Assembly: GCA_964483175.1 (NCBI GenBank)
Contig: CAZAAT010000001.1
Span: forward strand, 7,292-71,291
Source: an uncultured Bacilli bacterium
GTDB taxonomy: Bacteria > Bacillota > UBA5301
Direction of reading: 5' to 3'
DNA length: 64,000 nt
Below are positions 46,787-55,564 of this stretch, in pieces. The translations under genes and the position numbers were made by a program. The stretch's first letter is position 1; every line of letters starts with the position of its first letter. Below the pieces are notes generated by a model that was given only the letters and a program-made list of their open reading frames with translations, was not told the DNA's origin and ran no database searches.

Positions 46787-48775
46787 TTATCTTAAACCGA
46801 CAACACCCCTGGGATAAGCCCCTAAACCCAACGGACGAGGTGCTTGACGCACAAAATCACGGATCAGCTCGGATTGCTCAGCCATTGTTCCGGAATAAAC
46901 CGCATCCAAAACTCGTCTGTAAGCTGAAACAATCGGACCAACTTCGGCAGAATCGGTAAAGTGAAGTTCTAGTCGCAAACTAGCTACTTTTAATTTGGCA
47001 AATGACTCCAAAAAGGGCAGGACACAAAGGTCATTGGCCAATAAGAAATGGTTGCGACAATACTGGTCAATCACGACCTCGCGGCGTCCCCCCCGAATGT
47101 CTTTCAAGGCATATCGGCGCTGGCGACAGAGGGTAGAGCAGATATCCTGCTTGGTCAAGCCCTCAAGTAGAGCTGCCGGCAGACAATGTTCCATCACCAT
47201 GGTGGTCAATCTGCCGTGAGCCAAGACTTCAATGGGCAGCTCCGAATCGGCCGCGAGCTCTTTGAGCTGAGCAAAAGAGCTCTCTATCTGTGCTGTTACT
47301 TGGACTACCCCTGCTTCTTTGAGCAATTCCAGGGCCTTTTGGTTAAATGCATTGAGCGAATAATCCCCGTAAATCGGTAACTGTGTCAGCTGTTTTGTCA
47401 ATTGAAGAGTTCCGACATTAGAGACCATTACTCCTGCCGGTCTCAGCTCCCCAAGCCCCTCAAGCCACTCCAGCAAAACTTGAAGTTCAGCGATTTCGCG
47501 CGACATCGTAATCCTCGGAGTGACCACAATACCCGGTACCTTTGCTTGAGCCAGCAATTGGAGGGCAGTAGTCATGTTCTTTTTCGACCAAGCAAAATCA
47601 AGATCAACCGGAGACTCTCCGCCAAAATAAACCCGGTCGGCTCCGGCCGCGATTGCAGATTCGAGAGCCTCTAAATCACTCACCCGCACTGATAACACGG
47701 GTTTAGCTGCTAGTTCATCATCTTGCACCTGCTTGGCAAAGGGGTCTTTGGTGAGCAGACGCTCGTCGATGGTCAACTCTTTAACCCCGGTACTAAAAAA
47801 CTGAGGCTCTTTCGCTCCGGTATAGCCAATTCCTACTGGCCCCGGGTGTTTTAAGGCATAGCAGGTGGTAAAATCCCGCACTTGGATTTTGTTCATCCGT
47901 TCCTGTAACTCACAATCAAGTCGGTATGCGAATGGTTCTCGTAGGTAAGAATCCAACGCTTGCCGATAAACCGAGACGATCTCCGCTAAAAACTCGGCTT
48001 CCCGCATTCTCCCTTCAATCTTAAAGGAACAGATTCCGGAGTGAACCAATTCCGGAATGTGGTTTAGCACATACATATCGCCCAAGGCCAAAAAGTACGG
48101 GCCATCGGCCTTGGTCTGCAAAACCTCAGCGGTCCGGGCATCAATGAACTCATAGGCCCAGCGACACGGTTTCATACAGCGGCCGCGGTTAGAGCTCTGC
48201 CCTAATAGTAAGCCACTAGCATAACATTGGCCGCTTTGGGCGATACACATATCCCCATGAATAAAATACTCAATCTCCAAACCGGATTCATCTCGTAACT
48301 TAGCAATCTCCGAAAAAGGAATCTCCCGGTTTAATACCACCCTGGTAACGCCATGTTCCTTTAGGAAATTAAGCATTGGCAAGCTATGCGAGTTCAGCAT
48401 CACACTGGCATGCAACGGTACCGTTAACCCAATCTGATTGGCCAGTTTGATTAAGCCCAAATCTTGCACAATCAGCGAATCGGGCTGGGCTTCCTCTAAA
48501 AATTCGAGATACTCCTGCTGCTCTTGGAGTTCCTGATCGCTGTGCAAGTTGTTTACGGTCACATAAACCTTGACATTGCGTGCGTGGGCATAAGCGATCG
48601 CCTCGGTCAAACTTTCATTAGTGAAGTTATAATCATCGCGGAACATCCGCATGTTAAACTTCTTGCCACCCAAGTAAACCGCATCTGCTCCAGCAGCTAT
48701 TACCGCCTCCAGAACATCCCACCGCCCTACCGGCGCCAATAGTTCTAGTTCGGAACTTTTTAGATTTATCGCCAC
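46787..48775 (-). CDS. Peptidase U32 family protein (double-domain collagenase/RlhA-TrhP-like)
   Basis: U32 signatures (E-x-F-x2-G-[SA]-[LIVM]-C-x4-G-x-C-x-[LIVM]-S-like region ...GQCYASGLLLGQSSNRGRCMKPCRW). The start is reassigned to GTG 48775, which has GAAGGAAGG 8 nt upstream, because the longer ORF-track start at 48844 overlaps the upstream gene by 70 nt. Confidence 0.75.
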   Translation of the reverse strand: MAINLKSSELELLAPVGRWDVLEAVIAAGADAVYLGGKKFNMRMFRDDYNFTNESLTEAIAYAHARNVKVYVTVNNLHSDQELQEQQEYLEFLEEAQPDSLIVQDLGLIKLANQIGLTVPLHASVMLNSHSLPMLNFLKEHGVTRVVLNREIPFSEIAKLRDESGLEIEYFIHGDMCIAQSGQCYASGLLLGQSSNRGRCMKPCRWAYEFIDARTAEVLQTKADGPYFLALGDMYVLNHIPELVHSGICSFKIEGRMREAEFLAEIVSVYRQALDSYLREPFAYRLDCELQERMNKIQVRDFTTCYALKHPGPVGIGYTGAKEPQFFSTGVKELTIDERLLTKDPFAKQVQDDELAAKPVLSVRVSDLEALESAIAAGADRVYFGGESPVDLDFAWSKKNMTTALQLLAQAKVPGIVVTPRITMSREIAELQVLLEWLEGLGELRPAGVMVSNVGTLQLTKQLTQLPIYGDYSLNAFNQKALELLKEAGVVQVTAQIESSFAQLKELAADSELPIEVLAHGRLTTMVMEHCLPAALLEGLTKQDICSTLCRQRRYALKDIRGGRREVVIDQYCRNHFLLANDLCVLPFLESFAKLKVASLRLELHFTDSAEVGPIVSAYRRVLDAVYSGTMAEQSELIRDFVRQAPRPLGLGAYPRGVVGLR

Positions 48776-49662
48776 TATCGATACCTTCCTTCGATGATCT
48801 CGGCCTCTGGAATTGCCTTGAGATCTAGCTTTAACCGGTCGCAAGTTACCCGATTGAGATAAACCCGAGGGTTATCCGGTAATTGGATGGGGAGCTCCGC
48901 GGGGTCCTCTCCATGTAGAATCCGGGCGGCAATTTTACCAGCCTGGTATCCCAGTTCTGATAAGGGAGCTTCTACACAGCAAGCCGCTCCAGCAAGCACC
49001 GCTGTTAGATTATGGCCACAAAGGGGAATACCCTGGGCTACGCAGTTTCCGGCCAATTCAGGTAAATGTTCTTCGAGCATCCGGCCGATGGTAGCAAAGA
49101 CGAATTGGCAATCCGGCAAGAACTCCATGTTGGCTAAGACCGCGGGATTTTGTACCTTAACCGGAGTGACGATGATTCCCTGCTCAGTAGCGACCTGGCG
49201 TAAGTCATTCAGCTCCAATACTGAGTTAGGGTCATCAGGATCATAAACCACTGAAAAATGGGTCAATCCCGGTACTAGACTCTGCATCGCCGCTAGTTTC
49301 CGCTCGGCATCAACCTTACCGCTGACCCCGCCCAAATGGTTCCCAGATCTTTCCCAGCTATCAACTAAGCCGACCGAGACCGGATCATACACCGGCGTGA
49401 ATACAACCGGAATCCCGTAAAATTCAGCCGCTTCCTTGGCGAATTTGGCTGCCGGGGTTGTACACGCAAAAATTAAATCAACACCTTGAGCGACGAGATC
49501 ATCGGCCTCTTGTCCAAAACTTGGCACATTTTCTTCTACATTGCGATAATCAAAAGTAACCTCTGCTGAGGCAAATCCGGACTCAGATAGTCCTTTTTTA
49601 AACCCTTCCACCGCTTCATCAAGTTCTGCTTTGAGCTGAAGAATTCCTATGGTTACACCCAT
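48775..49662 (-). CDS. PF04392-type (ABC_sub_bind) solute-binding-protein homologue lacking any signal peptide
   Basis: MGVTIGILQLKAELDEAVEGFKKGL...TTPAAKFAKEAAEFYGIPVVFTPVYDPVSVGLV matches the ABC_sub_bind family core. ATG at 49662 has GGGGGGAG upstream; the ORF-track N-terminal extension is not hydrophobic either. Stop UAG overlaps the U32 GTG start. Confidence 0.6.
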   Translation of the reverse strand: MGVTIGILQLKAELDEAVEGFKKGLSESGFASAEVTFDYRNVEENVPSFGQEADDLVAQGVDLIFACTTPAAKFAKEAAEFYGIPVVFTPVYDPVSVGLVDSWERSGNHLGGVSGKVDAERKLAAMQSLVPGLTHFSVVYDPDDPNSVLELNDLRQVATEQGIIVTPVKVQNPAVLANMEFLPDCQFVFATIGRMLEEHLPELAGNCVAQGIPLCGHNLTAVLAGAACCVEAPLSELGYQAGKIAARILHGEDPAELPIQLPDNPRVYLNRVTCDRLKLDLKAIPEAEIIEGRYR

Positions 49663-49711
49663 ATGCTCCCCCCCAATATACGATATCACTGGTATACCTT
49701 GCCTGGTAGGC

Positions 49712-49740
49712 ATTATATCACTGCCCGACGGGCCTTTCAA
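49712..49740 (-). promoter_or_regulatory. Sigma-A-type promoter for the minus-strand binding-protein/U32/aminotransferase/metG operon
   Basis: Minus-strand TTGAAA-17 nt-TATAAT, about 45 nt upstream of the RBS of the 49662 start. Confidence 0.5.
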
Positions 49741-49775
49741 TCCGGCTCCGCCCCTAAAATAGGGACAAATGACCT

Positions 49776-49817
49776 TTGACTTTAACTGGAAAAATCGGTA
49801 CAATCTACCTGTATAAT
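49776..49817 (+). promoter_or_regulatory. abrB promoter region (tandem -10 elements)
   Basis: TTGACT(49776-81)-17 nt-TACAAT(49799-804) and a second TATAAT at 49812-17. Lies 40-80 nt upstream of abrB and divergent from the promoter above. Confidence 0.5.
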
Positions 49818-49855
49818 TTTATCGGATAACCTACTACGGAAGGAGTTGTCAGTCC

Positions 49856-50101
49856 ATGAAATCTACTGGTATCGTCCGCAAAGTCGATGAATTAGGTCGT
49901 GTCGTTATTCCAATTGAACTCCGCCGTACACTGGATATCGAAGAGCGTGACTCTTTGGAAATCTACGTTGACGGTGAACAAATCATCTTGAAAAAGTATC
50001 AGCCGGCCTGTATCTTCTGCGGAAATGCTAAAGAAGTTCGGAACTTTAAGGACAAGATGATTTGCCCTGATTGTCTGGAGCTTATGAAGCAGGTTTCCTA
50101 A
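49856..50101 (+). CDS. abrB: Transition-state regulator AbrB (SpoVT/AbrB swapped-hairpin DNA-binding protein)
   Basis: MKSTGIVRKVDELGRVVIPIELRRTLDIEERDSLEIYVDGEQIILKKYQPAC... 81 aa. Confidence 0.9.
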   Translation: MKSTGIVRKVDELGRVVIPIELRRTLDIEERDSLEIYVDGEQIILKKYQPACIFCGNAKEVRNFKDKMICPDCLELMKQVS

Positions 50102-50122
50102 TTTTAGTCAAAACACGATTGT

Positions 50123-50152
50123 GCCGCAGTTACTGCTGCGGCTTATTTTTTT
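50123..50152 (+). terminator. abrB intrinsic terminator (overlaps the 3-prime end of convergent rsmI)
   Basis: GCCGCAG-ttactg-CTGCGGC followed by TTATTTTTTT. Confidence 0.65.
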
Positions 50153-50996
50153 CCAGCTCGGTGGCGAGTCGATACACTACATTGCGTCTAATTCCCGTTT
50201 CACCGACGATTATTTTAATTGCGTCTTTGGTTGAATAGCCGCTCTGCAGTAATTCCTGCAAACGGTCTTTCACCAGATCACAATCGATCGGGGCCTGTCC
50301 AGGTTCGGACTTGGCAACACCCCCAAGCACTATCGTAATCTCTCCCTTTACACCTCGATTTTGGAAATGCTCCAAAGCTTCAGAGACCGTGCCCCGAAAA
50401 ACTTCCTCATGTTGCTTGGTTAGTTCCCGACATACGGCAATCGCCCGTTCCGGCATGATCTCGGCTAAATCAGTCAGAGCATCAACTAGCCGGTGTGGTG
50501 CTTCGTAGAAGACAATTGTCCGCTCTTCGGTATCAATCTCTGCAAAATATTTAACCCTGCCTTTACGCGTCCGCGGCAAGAACCCATCAAAGATAAAACG
50601 TTCCATCGGCAGCCCGGAGAGCGAAAGGGCCGTTATCACCGCAGAAGGACCCGGAACCGCTTCAACCTTAATCCCGTTCGCCAGAGCTTTCGCTATCAAC
50701 AATCCTCCCGGATCCGAAATGCCTGGCATACCGGCATCTGAAACCACGGCCACATCTTTGCCGTCTTGGAGTTTTTGCAAAATCAGACCGCTCTTGCGCC
50801 GCTCGTTATGTTCGTGCAGACTCGTCAGTGGAGTACCGATATCATAGTGATTCAAGAGTTTACGCGTATGCCGCGTATCTTCTGCGGCGATCAACTCCGC
50901 CTCCTTCAAAACTTGGAGGCAACGGAGGGTGATATCCTGTAAATTTCCGATTGGGGTCGCACAGATATATAAACGACCGTAATCATCTGAAACCAT
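50130..50996 (-). CDS. rsmI: 16S rRNA (cytidine1402-2'-O)-methyltransferase RsmI
   Basis: RLYICATPIGNLQDITLRCLQVLKEAELIAAEDTRHTRKLL... tetrapyrrole-methylase fold. ATG at 50996 has AAAGGAG 7 nt upstream; the ORF-track start at 51089 adds 31 unsupported residues. Confidence 0.85.
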   Translation of the reverse strand: MVSDDYGRLYICATPIGNLQDITLRCLQVLKEAELIAAEDTRHTRKLLNHYDIGTPLTSLHEHNERRKSGLILQKLQDGKDVAVVSDAGMPGISDPGGLLIAKALANGIKVEAVPGPSAVITALSLSGLPMERFIFDGFLPRTRKGRVKYFAEIDTEERTIVFYEAPHRLVDALTDLAEIMPERAIAVCRELTKQHEEVFRGTVSEALEHFQNRGVKGEITIVLGGVAKSEPGQAPIDCDLVKDRLQELLQSGYSTKDAIKIIVGETGIRRNVVYRLATELEKNKPQQ

Positions 50997-51100
50997 TGGA
51001 TAACTCCTTTCAATCTTAGAGAAAAGGGTGCCCAACGTATAATTCTCTCCATGTAGGTAAAAAATCCAATCGTTGGGTACCTGCAACAAAGGGTGATCAT

Positions 51101-52687
51101 ATGCGCTTAGCGACAGTTGCTCAAATTCTTGCCAGACACCAGCTACTCGTGGGTGCTGCCGATCTTGATCTGCCGGATCTGGAAATCACTGCGATCAAAA
51201 CCGACTCTCGAGCAGTAACACCTGGCTCGCTTTTTATTGCCATTGCCGGACTGCAATATGACGGGCATGATTTTATCAATCAAGCTATTCAAAATGGAGC
51301 CGCGGCAATTGTCTGCGAGAAACCTGTCCATATACCCGTTCCAACGCTCACCGTAGTTAATTCTCGACAAGCCTCAGCGATCCTCTCCGCATTTTGGTGG
51401 GGAAATCCGGCTGATGATCTTATCTGTATCGGAGTAACCGGCACCAACGGTAAGACAACAACTTCATTTATGATCGATGCCATCTTGGAGGAAGCCGGAT
51501 ATACCACCGGAATAATCGGTACCATTATCACCAAGATTGGCCACCGCCTAACCGAATCTAAGATGACAACCCCTGATCCCTGGGACTTGGCGCATCTACT
51601 TCATCATCTCGTTGAACAACAGGCTGAAGTGGTCACGATGGAAGTATCCTCTCATGCCATTACCCAAGATCGTTGCTTTGGCTTAGCCTTTCAAATCGGG
51701 ATCTTAACCAATATCTCTCCAGATCATTTCGACTTGCATTCCGGCTTGAACGAGTATATCCAGGCCAAAGCAGACTTCTTTAAGCTGGTCGACCCTCAGG
51801 GACGAACACTGGCCAATGGCGACGATCCGCTAGTCCGCCAAGCGCTAGCTGTCGGCTCAGCACAAAACCCGATATTTTTCGGACTATCATCTGACTGCCA
51901 AATCCGGGGAGAAGACCTCGTAATCAACTCTACCGGATCGAGCTTTACCTTGCTCTGGAATGACCTGACCGGCATCGGAGGCAACCCAATTCCAGCCGAT
52001 TCACTACTGGTCAGCCTCAAGATGCCCGGCCGTCACAATGTTTATAACGCCATCGCCGCCGCCGCAACCGGTTTGCTGTTAGGAATCCGCCCCACCGTAA
52101 TCAAACGGGCCTTGGCTACCTTCTCCGGGGTAGCACGGAGGTTGCAATACATCTATCAGGGAGATGTCTCGATCATCGATGATTTTGCCCATAATCCCGC
52201 TAGTTTGCAAGCAGCTATTGCCGCTTGTTCGCCACTCGCCTCCCGCCAGCTGATTTTGGTACACGCCATCCGTGGCAACCGAGGGGTAAGCATCAACCGA
52301 CAAAATGCAGAGGCGATTGCAGCCAGTATCAAACAGAAGAACCTTCCTGTAAAATGCATCCTAACCGCCAGTGAAGATGTCGTAACAGAGCAGGACCGCG
52401 TCAGCCCGGATGAAAAACAAGTCTTTTTTGACACATTTCAGCAAGCTAAGGTGCCGTATCGCTATTATCCGAAACTCCGTCACGCCTTGGATAGTGCGCT
52501 TGCCAGTGCTGCTCGAGGGGACGTCATTTTGCTGTTGGGGGCCCAAGGCATGAATGCCGGCAACCGCCTTTTTCACCAGATTGCCGCGGATCACCCCCAA
52601 ATCGCAATAGCCGACCCTTATGATGAACTATCCAGTGAGCCGGCTATCATCGCAATCCCAGATTATCTTCAATTAACTAGTCATTAG
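51101..52687 (+). CDS. Mur-ligase family protein (MurE-like three-domain ADP-forming amide ligase paralog) outside the dcw cluster
   Basis: N-terminal MurE-type domain, central P-loop IGVTGTNGKTTTSFMI, C-terminal domain with HNPAS where MurE has DNPR/DNPA. 528 aa. Confidence 0.65.
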   Translation: MRLATVAQILARHQLLVGAADLDLPDLEITAIKTDSRAVTPGSLFIAIAGLQYDGHDFINQAIQNGAAAIVCEKPVHIPVPTLTVVNSRQASAILSAFWWGNPADDLICIGVTGTNGKTTTSFMIDAILEEAGYTTGIIGTIITKIGHRLTESKMTTPDPWDLAHLLHHLVEQQAEVVTMEVSSHAITQDRCFGLAFQIGILTNISPDHFDLHSGLNEYIQAKADFFKLVDPQGRTLANGDDPLVRQALAVGSAQNPIFFGLSSDCQIRGEDLVINSTGSSFTLLWNDLTGIGGNPIPADSLLVSLKMPGRHNVYNAIAAAATGLLLGIRPTVIKRALATFSGVARRLQYIYQGDVSIIDDFAHNPASLQAAIAACSPLASRQLILVHAIRGNRGVSINRQNAEAIAASIKQKNLPVKCILTASEDVVTEQDRVSPDEKQVFFDTFQQAKVPYRYYPKLRHALDSALASAARGDVILLLGAQGMNAGNRLFHQIAADHPQIAIADPYDELSSEPAIIAIPDYLQLTSH

Positions 52688-53849
52688 TCTGTTGTTTCTC
52701 AGCAGGCTGCCGCTTTTTGGGCCGACGTCTTTTTCTAGCTTGACCACCCTGGTTTCCCTGTTGTTTATTGTTTTTGGGCTTCACCGACGCGTCGGAAGAG
52801 CCGGGCTCTGGGTTACCCGAATGGCCCGCTGCCCCTTTTTTCTGCCCGCTTTTGGATTTACGCCTGCGCCGATTACGGTTTTTAGGTTTATCGGGTTGCT
52901 TTTCCGTATCCTCATCCGGCCTTGGGGTTTCCGGCTCGGGCGGGGACGGCTCCTCATGAATGATAACTAGCGGCTCCTCTTCTTGTTGAGTCAAGGGGCA
53001 ATCAGCCGTAGTCACCTGGTGTCGAACGGAACAGCAGTGTCCGCACCCCTCACACTTGGCCGCATCATCACCAAGGTTGAGGACCACCTCTACACCCTCA
53101 TCCACTTCCACATGGACCTCACCGGTTAACGGATTAACCTCGGTAACGCGACCTTGACCCTGAGGGGTGTCGATCTGATCCCCTACATTAGGCAACAGCT
53201 CAAGAGCATCCTTATAGGTATCGGCCTCATACTGTAGGCAGCACATCAGCCGTCCGCACAACCCAGAAATCTTGGTGGGGTTTAACGACAAATTTTGATC
53301 CTTGGCCATACGGATGGAAACCGGCTCAAAATCACCTAAAAAGGTATGACAACAAACCGGTCGGCCACATAAGCCAAGCCCGCCAACCATCTTGGCCTCA
53401 TCGCGCACGCCGATCTGGCGCAACTCGATTCTCGTCCGGAAAACACTGGCTAGATCCTTTACCAATTCTCGAAAGTCAACGCGCCCTTCGGCGGTAAAAT
53501 AAAAGATGATTTTTTTCGTGTCAAAGGTATATTCAACATTAACTAGTTTCATCGGCAAGCCGTGTTTGGCGATTTTCTCGACCCCGATCTGGTAAGCCTC
53601 TTTAGCTTTAAGCTCATTTTCTTCGACTTTTTTGAAATCGCTTTCATCAGCTTTGCGGATGACCTTTTTTAATGGAGTGACGATCTCCTCATCTGTGACC
53701 ATTTTGGGGCCCACGACCAAATAGCCAAACTCGATACCCCTTGCGGTCTCGACGATCACCCCATCCCCGAGGGCTAGCTCAATATCTCCAGGGTCAAAAT
53801 AATATATCTTTCCAGCTTTCTTAAAGCGGATCCCTACAACTTTATTCAT
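52677..53849 (-). CDS. ricT: PSP1-domain protein YaaT/RicT (stage 0 sporulation, RNase Y specificity complex) with long basic low-complexity C-terminal tail
   Basis: N-terminal 280 aa PSP1 domain with Cys cluster (CGRPVCC...CGRLMCC). The last ~100 aa are P/K/R/Q-rich. Confidence 0.8.
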   Translation of the reverse strand: MNKVVGIRFKKAGKIYYFDPGDIELALGDGVIVETARGIEFGYLVVGPKMVTDEEIVTPLKKVIRKADESDFKKVEENELKAKEAYQIGVEKIAKHGLPMKLVNVEYTFDTKKIIFYFTAEGRVDFRELVKDLASVFRTRIELRQIGVRDEAKMVGGLGLCGRPVCCHTFLGDFEPVSIRMAKDQNLSLNPTKISGLCGRLMCCLQYEADTYKDALELLPNVGDQIDTPQGQGRVTEVNPLTGEVHVEVDEGVEVVLNLGDDAAKCEGCGHCCSVRHQVTTADCPLTQQEEEPLVIIHEEPSPPEPETPRPDEDTEKQPDKPKNRNRRRRKSKSGQKKGAAGHSGNPEPGSSDASVKPKNNKQQGNQGGQARKRRRPKKRQPAEKQQTND

Positions 53850-54739
53850 TAATTTGCGCTCCTTTGGTCCTTGGCCAAGCGAATAGCCAAACTTCGCAGT
53901 ACTGCATCAGGGCCGACGTTGGCCTTAAGCATTTCCCTGGCCGAATTGATAGCTGTCAGTGCAAAGACACTAGTTGTCTTATACTTTTGTTCACATAATT
54001 CGAGAAAATACCGGCGGAACTCCTGGTTCTCCTTGAATCGGGAGTAGATACTGGTATTAATATTCCAAGCCTGATCAGAACGGATAGCCTCTAAAAAGGT
54101 CTGAACCGCCTCAGCAACTTCCGACCAGATCTCCGCCAAGCGTAGAGCGTTACCAATAGATCCCCCGCTAACAGCAGCAACCTCTGTCGCCGCTGTTATG
54201 CCTTTCTGGCTCAAGTACTGCTCAACCGTTTCCTGTGGCAAGGGCTGAAAATGCACTAGCGTACAACGCGAAGTGATCGTCGGCAACAAAGCACTATCAT
54301 CCGCCAGCAGGATCAACACCGAATAGGCGGGCGGCTCTTCGAGGGTCTTGAGCAAGCTATTGGCTGCCTGCTCGGTAAAGGCCTCAGCCCCATCAAGAAT
54401 AAAGATCTTCGACCGCGCCTCGTAAGGCTTGAGCGAGATGAGTTGTTGAACCTGTCTGATCTGGTCGATCTTAAAGCTCCGCCCCTCCGGCTGAAACACA
54501 GTCACATCCGGATGATTACCCTCGGCAATCCTCCGGCAGTTACGGCAGCTTCCGCAGGGTCGTTGGTCTTCTAAACAGTTTAGAGCAGCCGCGAATTCTA
54601 AGGCTAAAGTGCGTTTCCCGGTTCCGGTAGGTCCGACAAACAAGTAGGCATGGCTAATCCGCTTCCGCTCTAAAGAATGCTGCAAGATGGTTTTCGCCCG
54701 ACCCTGACCAATGAGTTGTGAAAAAGAATAGGTATGCAA
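53849..54739 (-). CDS. holB: DNA polymerase III delta-prime subunit
   Basis: AAA+ motif LFVGPTGTGKRTLALEFAAALNC and zinc module CGSCRNC. Confidence 0.85.
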   Translation of the reverse strand: MHTYSFSQLIGQGRAKTILQHSLERKRISHAYLFVGPTGTGKRTLALEFAAALNCLEDQRPCGSCRNCRRIAEGNHPDVTVFQPEGRSFKIDQIRQVQQLISLKPYEARSKIFILDGAEAFTEQAANSLLKTLEEPPAYSVLILLADDSALLPTITSRCTLVHFQPLPQETVEQYLSQKGITAATEVAAVSGGSIGNALRLAEIWSEVAEAVQTFLEAIRSDQAWNINTSIYSRFKENQEFRRYFLELCEQKYKTTSVFALTAINSAREMLKANVGPDAVLRSLAIRLAKDQRSAN

Positions 54740-54755
54740 ATGTTGTTCCCCTCAA

Positions 54756-55208
54756 TTAAGTATATAAATCCAGGAGCAATCCCCGGATTTCATCGACGAT
54801 CCTCAGCAACCGCAATCCCTCGGCATGGGCGTCCATAACCTCACGTCCCAGCTGGTCGAGGGCTGCGTTTACCTTTTGCACTACAACCATTATTTTATGC
54901 CGGCCACCGCTAAAACCAGAAATCTCCCGAACCTGACTAGTCTCGCGCATTATTCGGTCTAGGAACTCCCGTACTAGCTCGCGATAGCGATTAAAATTCC
55001 GCAGGGTTCGGGTGTTGATCAAATCAGCCGCTGCCTGGTCAAGCTGAGGAATTAGCTCATCCAGGCTGCGCCGAAGATGCTCACTCTCTACCTTGTGCAA
55101 ACTCTCAACAAAGGTTGCTCCGGAGCTGCCAACCGATTTCTGTCTTGTCCGCTCTGGGGCTCCTCTACTGCCGGCACTACGCCGCGAACGTCCGCTAGAA
55201 ATTTTCAC
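54756..55208 (-). CDS. YaaR-like protein (DUF327)
   Basis: 150 aa helical protein in the conserved slot between darA(yaaQ) and holB. Confidence 0.55.
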   Translation of the reverse strand: MKISSGRSRRSAGSRGAPERTRQKSVGSSGATFVESLHKVESEHLRRSLDELIPQLDQAAADLINTRTLRNFNRYRELVREFLDRIMRETSQVREISGFSGGRHKIMVVVQKVNAALDQLGREVMDAHAEGLRLLRIVDEIRGLLLDLYT

Positions 55209-55214
55209 CTCTGG

Positions 55215-55544
55215 TTACACCTTTACAAATTGGTCTACATCTAGGACAAAGACTGTAGCCCCACCAACCGTAATTTCGATCGGTGACGGTAAGAAAGTGT
55301 GAATCGATCGACCAACAGCGGAGACAGGTGAAATCAGTTGTTTTCGCGTTGAGCAGGATTTGCGCACGATCTCGATTACCGAATCAACCAACTCATCGTC
55401 AACCCCTACTAATACAGTACTGTTTCCCTCGCGCAGCAAACCACCAGTACTGGCCAATTTCGTAGCACGAAATTCTGCCTTAATCAGTTGGTCAATCAGC
55501 CCATGAGCATCTTGATCCTGAACTATCGCAATAACCAGCTTCAT
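55215..55544 (-). CDS. darA: Cyclic-di-AMP receptor DarA (PII-like, YaaQ/PstA family)
   Basis: MKLVIAIVQDQDAHGLIDQLIKAEFRATKLASTGGLLREGNSTVLVGVDDELVDSVIEIVRK... 109 aa. Confidence 0.8.
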   Translation of the reverse strand: MKLVIAIVQDQDAHGLIDQLIKAEFRATKLASTGGLLREGNSTVLVGVDDELVDSVIEIVRKSCSTRKQLISPVSAVGRSIHTFLPSPIEITVGGATVFVLDVDQFVKV

Positions 55545-55564
55545 AACACCTTCCCCCTCTCAAG

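Noticed and set aside
48776-48844. Longer U32 start at 48844 overlapping the upstream gene by 70 nt
   Set aside because: GTG at 48775 has GAAGGAAGG upstream and gives a typical U32 N-terminus (INLKSSELELLAPVG) with a 1-nt stop/start overlap.
49663-49803. N-terminal 47-aa extension of the PF04392-like gene (MYRFFQLKSK...)
   Set aside because: It overlaps a TTGAAA-17-TATAAT promoter. The strong RBS GGGGGGAG sits in front of the internal ATG at 49662.
50997-51089. N-terminal 31-aa extension of rsmI and the 906..51100 minus ORF
   Set aside because: The RsmI family starts at the RLYI(C/V)ATPIGN motif. AAAGGAG precedes the ATG at 50996. The extension has no RBS and would remove the divergent promoter space.
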